Shown one piece after another: positions 17,432-25,936 of a stretch of DNA of 41,205 bases. The DNA comes from an uncultured bacterium. GTDB lineage: Bacteria > Hydrothermota > UBA3072. The notes beneath the pieces are model-generated. The model ran no database searches, had not been told where the DNA came from, and was given only the letters and a program-made list of their open reading frames with translations. A program made the position numbers and the translations under genes. The stretch covers positions 23,686-64,890 of the forward strand of contig CAZRYJ010000001.1 of NCBI GenBank assembly GCA_964604245.1, in the 5' to 3' direction. How positions within the stretch are numbered: the first letter of the stretch is position 1; each line of letters begins with the position of its first letter.

Positions 17432-18058
17432 CTAATTTGCTCTCGGTCCTCTTATGTTTCTAATCTGGACCGTTTCACGATAAGTTACTTTTTTTTCGCC
17501 ATCCGGATATACAAATCGAACGGCATAATCAATCATGTTTATAGGATAGCTTCCCGGATCTTTTCCCGGCGTCGCTGGATCTGGCATCACCCAATTCCCA
17601 ACTCCATCAACTTCCGAAACACTACCAGCAGTAATAGTATCACCATTTACATCGATATAAGTAAATCCAAGAGAGTCAAGAAAGTTTGCAGCCCTGTCAC
17701 CATCTATAAACAGAGTATCTCCTCTTTTCGTTATCGAATGAATGTCTTCGGGATTATCCACAACACCTTCTGTATCACCAAAAACATCATGCGTATACAA
17801 AATCGAATCGCTGCTTCCCTTAATGATTCCAAAATTATCATCCGGAGAGAGCGGTCTCTGACAAAAACCTACATGCCTGAGTTCATTTACAATGTACTCG
17901 CTTGCCCTCCTGGCTTTAATATTTACTCGGGAAAATCCTTGCTGGTTTCTTAATCCTCTCTGCTGCAATATAAACAGCTGATAGATAAAAGCAGAAATAA
18001 TACCCATAAAAACCAAGACCACCATCAATTCAATTAATGTAAAACCTTTCTTTTTCAT
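17432..18058 (-). CDS. PilW-like minor pilin (prepilin N-terminal methylation motif)
   Basis: 208 aa, MKKKGFTLIELMVVLVFMGIISAFIYQLF. Third pilin-like gene in the operon. Confidence 0.65.
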   Translation of the reverse strand: MKKKGFTLIELMVVLVFMGIISAFIYQLFILQQRGLRNQQGFSRVNIKARRASEYIVNELRHVGFCQRPLSPDDNFGIIKGSSDSILYTHDVFGDTEGVVDNPEDIHSITKRGDTLFIDGDRAANFLDSLGFTYIDVNGDTITAGSVSEVDGVGNWVMPDPATPGKDPGSYPINMIDYAVRFVYPDGEKKVTYRETVQIRNIRGPRAN

Positions 18059-18072
18059 TTTTTCTCCTCAAT

Positions 18073-18552
18073 TTAACGGTGATGACTAAAGACCGTTTGC
18101 ATTTCCATAGAGTCTCCGTCAGATAAATTTTTGGTTCTGACTGATACCCAAATACGCGAACCAGAATCAAAGGTTCTTGCATCATCCTTATCTACTGTAT
18201 GCGTCTTACTTGTATCAAACTCAAAAGAATCTATAACTATCTCGCTATTAAAAACCACTCCATTTATAATGTCCGTACTGGTAAAAACAGTGTTTCCTAC
18301 ATCATAAGTTACCCATATTGAATCAAAAACAAGTTGAGAATATACCGGTCCATCATACATTCTCTCCATTAAGACACCTTTGAATCCTTCATAAACCCTT
18401 TCAGCTGCGACCTCCATTCTTGCACTTTTTTCGCTATGTATGATCCTCCTGCTATTATTTGCATAGAAAAGAGCAATTCCAGCACTTGCAATACCAAAGA
18501 TAAGAACTGAAACGATCAACTCTATAAGAGTAAAACCCTTCCTTCTCTTCAT
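18073..18552 (-). CDS. PilV-like minor pilin
   Basis: 159 aa, MKRRKGFTLIELIVSVLIFGIASAGIALF. Overlaps the upstream gene by 4 nt (ATGA). Confidence 0.65.
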   Translation of the reverse strand: MKRRKGFTLIELIVSVLIFGIASAGIALFYANNSRRIIHSEKSARMEVAAERVYEGFKGVLMERMYDGPVYSQLVFDSIWVTYDVGNTVFTSTDIINGVVFNSEIVIDSFEFDTSKTHTVDKDDARTFDSGSRIWVSVRTKNLSDGDSMEMQTVFSHHR

Positions 18553-18998
18553 TGTAACCTCGCTTCCATTACCCCAAGAGGGGAAATATAAAAAGTTATC
18601 AACTTTCCTGTCTCATCATCTTCCACAGAGAAATCTCTAACATTATTTTCGGCTCTGACAAATCCGTCAACATGTACGATTAGCTCAATAGGGTTTGTAC
18701 CACCATCAAAATCCAAATCCAGCCCCTCCCGCAAAACTAATTCACCATTCCTTGAAACATCAGCACTAATATATCCCAAAAGATCATCCTCTCTATCTAT
18801 CCTAATTATATATCTAGATCCCTCGGTTACAGCCTTCTTATTCACCCCCTCATAAAAAGCCCTTACCTCATTCATTGTCTCTTCCAACCTGCTCCTCGCA
18901 AAAAGGTCCCTATAAGAAAAAACCGCAATACCGGCAAGCAGTCCAATTATCACGATAACAACTAACAATTCAATAAGCGTAAAACCTTTAGTTTTCAT
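18549..18998 (-). CDS. FimT/FimU/GspH-like minor pilin, first gene of the operon
   Basis: 149 aa, MKTKGFTLIELLVVIVIIGLLAGIAVFSY. SD gaggag lies 4 nt upstream of the ATG. Confidence 0.65.
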   Translation of the reverse strand: MKTKGFTLIELLVVIVIIGLLAGIAVFSYRDLFARSRLEETMNEVRAFYEGVNKKAVTEGSRYIIRIDREDDLLGYISADVSRNGELVLREGLDLDFDGGTNPIELIVHVDGFVRAENNVRDFSVEDDETGKLITFYISPLGVMEARLQ

Positions 18999-19215
18999 TT
19001 TTTCTCCTCTTTTTTATTATACAAATTACGTTCCTGAAATTAAGGCATTCATTTTCAATAACTTATTTTCGAAGACTATGTAATCGCCTTCGAATGTATG
19101 TAATCCGTTTCATAGTATAAAGTATTGGTTTCGAGTTATAGTGTCTGAAAGAAATATGAGTTAAGTAAGAGAATATAAGAATTCTCACCTTTTAACAGTC
19201 GACTTAAAGTATTCT

Positions 19216-20760
19216 CTAGGAGGTTTCTTCGAAGCCATTCACCCTTTCAGAGGCAAACTCAACCCTGTTTCCGCCTTTTTCTTTCGCAAGATAACACGCA
19301 TTATCAGCATATCGAACAAGCTCGACAAGATCTTTCCCATCATAAGGAAAAACTCCTATTCCAATCGAAAGAGTCAATCCTTCCAACATTTCATTTTCTT
19401 TTACCTTTTTAAGCATCTGACTCGCAACTTTTATGGCTCTTTGAATATCCGTTTTAGGTAAAAGAGAAATAAATTCATCACCACCGTACCTTCCCAACAA
19501 ATCGCTATCTTGAAGAGTTTCTTTTATCATGAGTGAAAAAGATAAAAGACCTTCATCTCCTCTCTGATGTCCGTATTTATCATTAAATTCTTTAAAATTA
19601 TCAAGATCCAGAAAAAGAATGGCAAACTCCTCATTGTTTATCTTAGCCTGAGAAATTTCCTGCATTAACTTCTCTTCCATTATTCTTCTATTAACCGCAC
19701 CGGTCAACGGGTCTTCAGTGGAAAGTCTTCTGGTTTCCTCAAAAAGCCTGGAACGTTCAATTGCCATCGCAATCTGAGCACCAAGAGCCACCAATAAATT
19801 CCTTACCGATTTAGGAAAAGCATCCATGCGAAGGCTCTCAATATCCAGAACCCCAATAATCTTATTCTGAATCTTCAAGGGTATTGAAAATTCCGATTTC
19901 TTTTTAAATTCCTTTGGACCATGAAAAGGAACCATAGAAACATCAGCGGCATAATAAGGCTGTCCCGACTCAATCACCCTGCCAATTATACCACCTTCAC
20001 CAATATCGATCTTCGTACCCCTAAACTCACTTATCGCATCCACAGTCCACTCAAGCGTAGCATGTTCCCCATCATCATCCACAAGATAAATCCCTATGAT
20101 TTCATAGCCGAAATGTGTAGTTATCTGCTTTACTATCTGACGAATAAGTTCATTAACATTTAAACTGGATATCATCGCCCTGCTCATTTCATAGGAAATT
20201 CTCAACTCCCTCATAGCTGTATCAAGCTTCTGATAAAGCCTGGAATTGGCAAGAGCAAAAGCTAAAACAGGAGAAAGGCTTTTCATCAATTCCTTTACTT
20301 TTTCTAAGGCATCGGGAAATTCCTCAAAATAATATAAATATAAAATACCCTCCACCTCTCCACGCAGTATTATGGGAACTGCGACTAAAGATGTATTCTC
20401 GCTATTTTGTATTTCATCGCCTCGATTCGAAAGCTCAGAAGGATCTCTTGTAACTACAATATCTCTCTTTCTTATCACTTCACCCTCCATGCCTGTAGCA
20501 AGTCTTGCCATACTCTTATGAGTCGAAATTTCTTCTTTCCGTGTCGAATAATCATAGGCAGTCTTTTCAGGATTTTCCTTGAGTATCAAAAGAGAAGAAT
20601 AATCGGCACCGGTGATTTCAGGCACCATCCTCAATATCTCTCTTATTACCCCTTCCTGTCTACTGAAAAGAGAAATATTTCCAAGTAATTGTCCTACCCA
20701 TTTAAAGAAACGGACTTCGTTATAAACCTCCATGTTAAAAATATACCGTTTAATTCGCAA
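19216..20760 (-). CDS. GAF-domain diguanylate cyclase (GGDEF)
   Basis: 514 aa. C-terminal DPLTGAVNRR...FLDLDNFKEFNDKYGHQRGDE...RYGGDEFISLL is a canonical GGDEF domain. It is preceded by two GAF-like regions. Confidence 0.85.
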   Translation of the reverse strand: MRIKRYIFNMEVYNEVRFFKWVGQLLGNISLFSRQEGVIREILRMVPEITGADYSSLLILKENPEKTAYDYSTRKEEISTHKSMARLATGMEGEVIRKRDIVVTRDPSELSNRGDEIQNSENTSLVAVPIILRGEVEGILYLYYFEEFPDALEKVKELMKSLSPVLAFALANSRLYQKLDTAMRELRISYEMSRAMISSLNVNELIRQIVKQITTHFGYEIIGIYLVDDDGEHATLEWTVDAISEFRGTKIDIGEGGIIGRVIESGQPYYAADVSMVPFHGPKEFKKKSEFSIPLKIQNKIIGVLDIESLRMDAFPKSVRNLLVALGAQIAMAIERSRLFEETRRLSTEDPLTGAVNRRIMEEKLMQEISQAKINNEEFAILFLDLDNFKEFNDKYGHQRGDEGLLSFSLMIKETLQDSDLLGRYGGDEFISLLPKTDIQRAIKVASQMLKKVKENEMLEGLTLSIGIGVFPYDGKDLVELVRYADNACYLAKEKGGNRVEFASERVNGFEETS

Positions 20761-20821
20761 TATGTCAAGCCCAATGTTATTTTAACTGGAACTTTACGAT
20801 TTTTTCATGACACCATAATAT

Positions 20822-21239
20822 AAATTAAATATCAAAATTCAAAAAGCAAAATGACAAATAAAAATACAAAAACTAAAAATGATAGGACGCAGATGAACAC
20901 AGATTTTCAGGATTTGCCCCACTCCACTCCAGATTAATTAGCCACTGATTTTCAGCCTGGTACGATCGTTCCTCCCTACAGGGCAGGCTGATAGGCACTG
21001 ATCCCCCCACCTAACCCATATTTTAAACTAAAAAAATATCTTATATCTGTATACATCTCTGTCAATCTATAGTTAATTTAGGTGTTGTGGGTTGAGGAAA
21101 ACAAAAAAAAATCCTGTTAATCTTTTTTTTATCCTGTCAAAATATTGGGGATCTGGGTTGGGATTTAAACAAAAAAAATCTTGTAAATCTACGTTCATCT
21201 GCGTCCAATTTTCGGTGGTAGTGGGTGCGGCTTTGCCGC
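20822..21239. repeat. gene-less composite of repeat modules, a 4HB-flank relic and a solo GxxExxY-type terminal repeat
   Basis: 20822-20872 resembles the reverse complement of the 3' flank of the 4HB gene (9538-9590). 20885-20950 matches 8833-8903. 21108-21166 (atcctgttaatc...atcctgtcaaaatattggggatctgggttgggattt) matches the GxxExxY right-end repeat. 21190-21207 is an inverted copy of 20885-20905. Hairpin gcggctttgccgc at 21227-21239. Confidence 0.7.
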
Positions 21240-21245
21240 ATGGTA

Positions 21246-21274
21246 TTGACAAATGCATCCTTAAATTTTATGAT
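21246..21274 (+). promoter_or_regulatory. putative promoter placed for a leaderless transcript of the membrane-protein gene
   Basis: TTGACA 21246-21251, a 17-nt spacer, TATGAT 21269-21274. The ATG at 21281 is 7 nt after the -10 box and there is no SD. Confidence 0.5.
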
Positions 21275-21280
21275 AGAATT

Positions 21281-22921
21281 ATGACTCTATTCCTCATAAA
21301 AATAAGACTCCTGAGGGCTTTTAAGTCTATTTCATCAACAAGAAAGTCGAATCTTATTGTCTATTCTCTTGTTTTTTCCATTTTTCTATCAGGCGTTTTC
21401 CTTTTCTTTTTTAGAATCTTCTTATTTTTAGCTCCGATAGAAGTTATAGGTACTATCATAGCCGATAAGCTTATCACTTATTCATTCTTCATTTTTACCC
21501 TTCTCCTTTTTATGAGCAACGGAATTACAGCCCTTTCCACGCTATACCATTCCAAAGAACTCGATTATCTTCATTCCACTCCACTGCAACCCTTTTGTAT
21601 ATTTTCGCTAAAATTAATTGAAACTGCTTTCTACTCATCCTGGGCAACCCTGATTGGCGGATTACCTATCATCTTATCTTATTTAATTGCTTTTTCATCG
21701 TTTCATATAAAAATAATATTAATAATCTTTCCTTTACTCACTTTTATCTTTATTCCTTCCGGATTAGGTGTTTCAACTATAATTATCCTAAAAAGAATAA
21801 ACCCTCGCTGGACCATAAAGCAATTAGCCGCCGGACTGGGTACTCTTTCTGCTCTTTATGTTTTTATCTACATACAAACTACACCTTACAATTTTAACGT
21901 ACCTGACACCCTAAATCTCGAAGCGATAAATCAGTTCGTTCAAAGCTTAAAAGTTTCAAACCCTTATTTCCCGAACGAATGGTTTTACAAGTGCGTTTCC
22001 GCTCTTGCGAATAATAATTTCGAGATATTTATAAAAAACCTGACCCTCCTCCTTTCGGGAAGTTTAATTTCAATATCTCTTGCCTTTCTACTTTCAAATT
22101 TATTCTACCGGACAAGCTGGATGTCGGCTGAAAGTAATTCCGGGTCGTTTTTAATACATAAGAAACTTCTATCTAATAAGTTACCTACAATATTAAATAT
22201 TCTACAGAAAGATATAAAAATATTTCTACGTTCCCCTCTTCAATGGTCCCAACTTATGATAATAGGAGTACTACTAATAGTTTATACTTTTTCCCTAAGA
22301 AGAACACCTTTGTACGTTAGAGATCCCTTCTGGCTATCCGTTCTTGCTCTTGTAAATACAGGTTTTATTGGCTATATAACGGCTACTCTTTCTCTTCGCT
22401 TTGTTTACCCGGGTATAAGCCTGGAAGGCAGAACCTGGTGGAGCCTCAGGAGTGTACCTCTATCTCCCGAACTCATACTTCATTCCAAAAGTATATTATT
22501 TTTCTTAATCAATTTCCTTATTGCGGAAGCTGTAATAATACTCTCGAATTTTATTCTTGTTAGATACGCGATAATAGTGTTATTATCAGCTGTTTTATCC
22601 GCAATTTTTTCTTTTGTTTCAGTTTACTTAAACGTCTCTATGGGAACTTTATTTGCCGATTTCAAAGAAACAAACCCGGCAAAAATTGCCTCCGGAACGG
22701 GAGGTCTTTTAACAGCAGCTATAAATCTACTCTATATAGCTATATCAATGGTTCTTTTTGCGACACCAATATCTATCTATATAAAAAATCGCCTGGAAGG
22801 AAATTTGATTTCAATTCATACACCACTAATCATATCATCTTTTATATTTTTAATTATTACTTTATTAATAGTATTTATACCGCTTAAATACGCCAAAAAA
22901 AGAATAAAAGAAATTGAGTAA
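21281..22921 (+). CDS. polytopic integral membrane protein (possibly ABC-2/putative-exporter permease-like); function unknown
   Basis: 546 aa from ATG 21281, with more than 10 hydrophobic helices. The ORF-track start at 21092 runs through repeat modules and the promoter and is rejected. Confidence 0.55.
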   Translation: MTLFLIKIRLLRAFKSISSTRKSNLIVYSLVFSIFLSGVFLFFFRIFLFLAPIEVIGTIIADKLITYSFFIFTLLLFMSNGITALSTLYHSKELDYLHSTPLQPFCIFSLKLIETAFYSSWATLIGGLPIILSYLIAFSSFHIKIILIIFPLLTFIFIPSGLGVSTIIILKRINPRWTIKQLAAGLGTLSALYVFIYIQTTPYNFNVPDTLNLEAINQFVQSLKVSNPYFPNEWFYKCVSALANNNFEIFIKNLTLLLSGSLISISLAFLLSNLFYRTSWMSAESNSGSFLIHKKLLSNKLPTILNILQKDIKIFLRSPLQWSQLMIIGVLLIVYTFSLRRTPLYVRDPFWLSVLALVNTGFIGYITATLSLRFVYPGISLEGRTWWSLRSVPLSPELILHSKSILFFLINFLIAEAVIILSNFILVRYAIIVLLSAVLSAIFSFVSVYLNVSMGTLFADFKETNPAKIASGTGGLLTAAINLLYIAISMVLFATPISIYIKNRLEGNLISIHTPLIISSFIFLIITLLIVFIPLKYAKKRIKEIE

Positions 22922-22928
22922 GAATTCG

Positions 22929-23005
22929 ATTAGCCACTAAGCCACGAAGGCACAAAGAAAAAAAACTAATATATTTTAACCACGAAACACACTAAAGACA
23001 CGAAA
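22929..23005 (+). repeat. two three-word modules directly after the membrane-protein stop codon
   Basis: 22929-22957 attagccactaagccacgaaggcacaaag (AAG-type words, like 40288-40320). 22976-23005 ttaaccacgaaacacactaaagacacgaaa. Confidence 0.75.
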
Positions 23006-23024
23006 TTTTTTTGCTTTACTAAAT

Positions 23025-23080
23025 CCCAACCCCAAAACCCCAAATATTTAGACAGGATTTACAAGATTAACAGGATAAGG
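23025..23080 (+). repeat. left terminal inverted repeat of GxxExxY copy 2
   Basis: cccaaccccaaaaccccaaatatttagacaggatttacaagattaacaggataagg. Its reverse complement aligns with 23461-23507. Confidence 0.75.
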
Positions 23081-23100
23081 ATATAAAGAAAACAAAATAA

Positions 23101-23361
23101 ATGAAATACGAAAAACTTACTGAAAAAATAATTGGTTGCGCTTATCAAGTTTATAATAAAATGGGGTTTGGATTTCTGGAATCGGTCTATGAAAAATGTC
23201 TAATGCTCGAATTGAACAAAACAGGGCTCAAAGCTAAAGCACATGAAGTTAAATTAGTCAACTATTTGAATGCAACTCAAAAGGATATAGGGTTGATTAT
23301 CGATTTTGGAGAAAAAGAAGTTGAAATAAAAAGAAAATTTCGAAAATTGCCAGAAAGTTAA
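23101..23361 (+). pseudogene. GxxExxY protein copy 2 with an in-frame 39-codon internal deletion (catalytic core missing)
   Basis: 86 aa and about 90 percent identical to copy 1 on both sides of the gap. ...KTGLKA|KAHEVKLVNYL... lacks ESQHPIVVHYEDTVVGEFAADIIVEDSIILEIKAVRHIA. The reading frame is retained. Confidence 0.7.
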
Positions 23362-23460
23362 TTTGTTGGGTTTTTTAAATAACAAATAATATTTTTTTAT
23401 CCTGTCCATCCTGTTATCCTGTCCAAATATTTCGGGGTTGTGTTGGGTTTTAAAAAACAA

Positions 23461-23507
23461 AAAATCCTGTAAATCCTGTTGATCCTGTCAAATATTTGGG
23501 AATTGGG
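23461..23507 (-). repeat. right terminal inverted repeat of GxxExxY copy 2 (a second partial copy at about 23396-23450)
   Basis: aaaatcctgtaaatcctgttgatcctgtcaaatatttgggaattggg is the inverse of the left end (atcctgtc-aaatatttggg / cccaaatattt-gacaggat). Confidence 0.75.
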
Positions 23508-23575
23508 CTGGTAGTGTTTTAATAAACCATCCAATCAAAAATCTTGTGTTAATCTAGTGTAATCTTGTGGTTATT

Positions 23576-24376
23576 TTAGAAGACACTTACTTTTACATAT
23601 TTTCCGGGGTTTTTCCTGAACTCCACAAGCAAAGTATCAAGACTGGCTGCCGCTCTGGTCAGGTTATCATAGAGTTTCTCGTCATAAATAAGTTTGCCCA
23701 TAGTCCCTTGTTTACTATTTATTTGTTTTAAAGTTAAATCCAGCTCCTTTATAGAAGAATCCATATTATCTATAAGAACCTGAGTCTTCTCAAGGTTCGC
23801 GCTCCCCCCCTCAATCGTTTTCTTTAATTCTTTCCTGTTCTCTTTTAAAAGAAGTTCCATTTCCCTAAGGGTAGAACTCAACCGCTCAAAAGTTCCTTCA
23901 CTACCTGCCATACCGCTCCTAAGAGTTTTCAACAAATCCTCGACCTGTTCAGTAATCCCTCCAACCTCTATAGTAGAAAGCCCCCTGTTAGGAGCCCCCC
24001 GCAAAGTCATGGAAATATCTAAAGCCTTATCTGAGACTCCGGGATGAATAACCAAAGTTTTTGTACCGCTGATCATCGCAACATCCTGAATCAACGCTCT
24101 GGCATCTTCTTTTAACACAACACTGTTTTCAATCCATACTTTAACCAAAACACCATCCTTTTCCATATTCATACCCATAACTTTGCCTTTTTTTATACCA
24201 TAAACTCTAACCGGATCCCCTTTGGTCAACCCGCTAACATCATCATAAAATATATTCAAATAAAAACCTTCCCTGCCAACATTAAAACGCAGAAGCCAGA
24301 GTTGACCAACAATAAAAATAACAAAAACTACCGTTAAAAAAACACCAACCTTTATAGCTTTTTCTTTTTTAACCAT
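23576..24376 (-). CDS. mlaD: MlaD/MCE-family periplasmic lipid-transport protein
   Basis: 266 aa. N-terminal TM anchor plus MCE domain (FYDDVSGLTKGDPVRVYGIKKGKV). Immediately downstream of the MlaE-like permease gene. Confidence 0.75.
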   Translation of the reverse strand: MVKKEKAIKVGVFLTVVFVIFIVGQLWLLRFNVGREGFYLNIFYDDVSGLTKGDPVRVYGIKKGKVMGMNMEKDGVLVKVWIENSVVLKEDARALIQDVAMISGTKTLVIHPGVSDKALDISMTLRGAPNRGLSTIEVGGITEQVEDLLKTLRSGMAGSEGTFERLSSTLREMELLLKENRKELKKTIEGGSANLEKTQVLIDNMDSSIKELDLTLKQINSKQGTMGKLIYDEKLYDNLTRAAASLDTLLVEFRKNPGKYVKVSVF

Positions 24377-24384
24377 AAAACCTC

Positions 24385-25146
24385 CTATGTAAAAACGATT
24401 CTCGAAAGAACATAATCAAGAAAAAGAATTAAAATTGTAGAAGATATAACAGCCTTAGTAGTCGCTTCACCTACCCCCTCCGCACCACCTTCCGCCCGAA
24501 GACCGTAATAGCAACCCATAATCGTAAGCGTCAACCCAAAAGCAGTAGCTTTAATCAAACCGCCATAAAGCGTTATAGGATAGTAGTTAAGCCTTACTCC
24601 TCTCCAGTAAATAGCGGATGTGATATTCAAACTCATTACTGCAAGAATCCATCCTCCGATAACACCTGTAACCTCAGCTATAACCGTAAGAACCGGCATG
24701 ACAATAATTCCGGTGAAAACCCTGGGCACAACAAGATGCTCTATAGGATCTATCGCGAAAGCTTCAAGAGCGTCTATCTGTTCCGTTACTTTCATCGAAC
24801 CAAGCTCTGCTGCAATCGAAGAAGAAACTCTCCCGGCAATCACGAGACCTACAATCAGGGGACCAAGTTCAATAAATAACGCCTTACAAACAGACATCCC
24901 GATATAAACATCGGGCATGTATTGCTTTGCCTGATAATAAGCTTGATACGCGGTAACCATACCCATAAAAAGGGAAGTAAATACTACAATAGAGATAGAT
25001 TTAACACCCTGAAAGAATATCTGCTCCACAAACAAATCAAATTTTCTGAATAAACCCCTTATTCTCATAAAAGTATGCGCAGTAAGGATAAAAATCCCTC
25101 CTATATACTCCATGCTTGAAATTATACTGTCTTTTATAAGTGTCAT
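24385..25146 (-). CDS. mlaE: MlaE-family ABC transporter permease
   Basis: 253 aa multi-TM protein. The conserved tail ...GAEGVGEATTKAVISSTILILFLDYVLSRI is typical of MlaE/YrbE permeases. Confidence 0.8.
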   Translation of the reverse strand: MTLIKDSIISSMEYIGGIFILTAHTFMRIRGLFRKFDLFVEQIFFQGVKSISIVVFTSLFMGMVTAYQAYYQAKQYMPDVYIGMSVCKALFIELGPLIVGLVIAGRVSSSIAAELGSMKVTEQIDALEAFAIDPIEHLVVPRVFTGIIVMPVLTVIAEVTGVIGGWILAVMSLNITSAIYWRGVRLNYYPITLYGGLIKATAFGLTLTIMGCYYGLRAEGGAEGVGEATTKAVISSTILILFLDYVLSRIVFT

Positions 25147-25153
25147 AATCTAT

Positions 25154-25921
25154 TTATATAATATTATTTTGCACAAAGTCAAGCAGGAATTTCTGCACGT
25201 AAGGAGTTCCTGAAACAATAGTGCCTTCTAAAATCTTATTTCCTCCTCTCTCATCCGTTATCAATCCACCTGCTTCCTCTACCAATATCCAGCCTGCTGC
25301 TACATCCCATGGAGATAAAGCAAATCCCATATCACCATCAATCCTGCCCGCCGCAATCTCAGCCAACTGCAACGCCGCGGCGCCAAAAATCCTTATAGAG
25401 TTGACCTTTAGTATCAGATGCTTCAAGGCATCCATTATTCTTCCTCTTATTTCATAGGCTGAAACTGGGATACCGACGGTAACCAATGCTCTGCCTATGT
25501 TTTCTTCTCCCGAGTGTTTCATCCTCTTTCCGTTTAAGAAAGCTCCTCTCCCCTTTTCCGCAGAAAAAAGCTCATCTTTAACCGGTTCATAAACGACACC
25601 TACTTTGATTTCAGAATCTTCCTCATAAGCAATAGAAACACAAAAACGCGCTATACCATGCATAAAATTATGAGTTCCGTCTAAAGGGTCGACAATAAAT
25701 CTTCCTTTTCCCGAAATCGCATCACCTTCTTCAGAACAAATACCCACACCGGGGAAGTTTTTCTGTAATTCATTTATTATAAATTCCTCGGAATCCTTGT
25801 CCGCTTTGGTAACGAAATGACTAAAACCTTTTTCTTGAATGTCACCCTTTTTCAAAGACCCGTAATAGTCACGAATCAAATTCCCTGAACCCTTAGCGAT
25901 TTCGACTATCTTGTCTAAAAT
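25154..25921 (-). CDS. suhB: inositol monophosphatase family protein (SuhB-like); probable non-canonical ATT start
   Basis: Motifs SEEG, IVDPLDGTHNFMHG and WDVAAG. The frame stays open 14 codons upstream of the ORF-track TTG (25879) and encodes ILDKIVEIAKGSGN, which matches the conserved N-terminal helix. AGGAGG (25932-25927) lies 5 nt before ATT 25921, and TAG lies just upstream. Confidence 0.7.
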   Translation of the reverse strand: MLDKIVEIAKGSGNLIRDYYGSLKKGDIQEKGFSHFVTKADKDSEEFIINELQKNFPGVGICSEEGDAISGKGRFIVDPLDGTHNFMHGIARFCVSIAYEEDSEIKVGVVYEPVKDELFSAEKGRGAFLNGKRMKHSGEENIGRALVTVGIPVSAYEIRGRIMDALKHLILKVNSIRIFGAAALQLAEIAAGRIDGDMGFALSPWDVAAGWILVEEAGGLITDERGGNKILEGTIVSGTPYVQKFLLDFVQNNII

Positions 25922-25936
25922 ATTAACCTCCTAAAA

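Noticed and set aside
19016-19021. TATAAT box 17 nt upstream of the fimT-like start codon as the minor-pilin operon promoter
   Set aside because: No acceptable -35 hexamer sits at 16-18 nt, and the TG is not at the proper extended -10 spacing. No sigma54 GG-N10-GC element is evident either.
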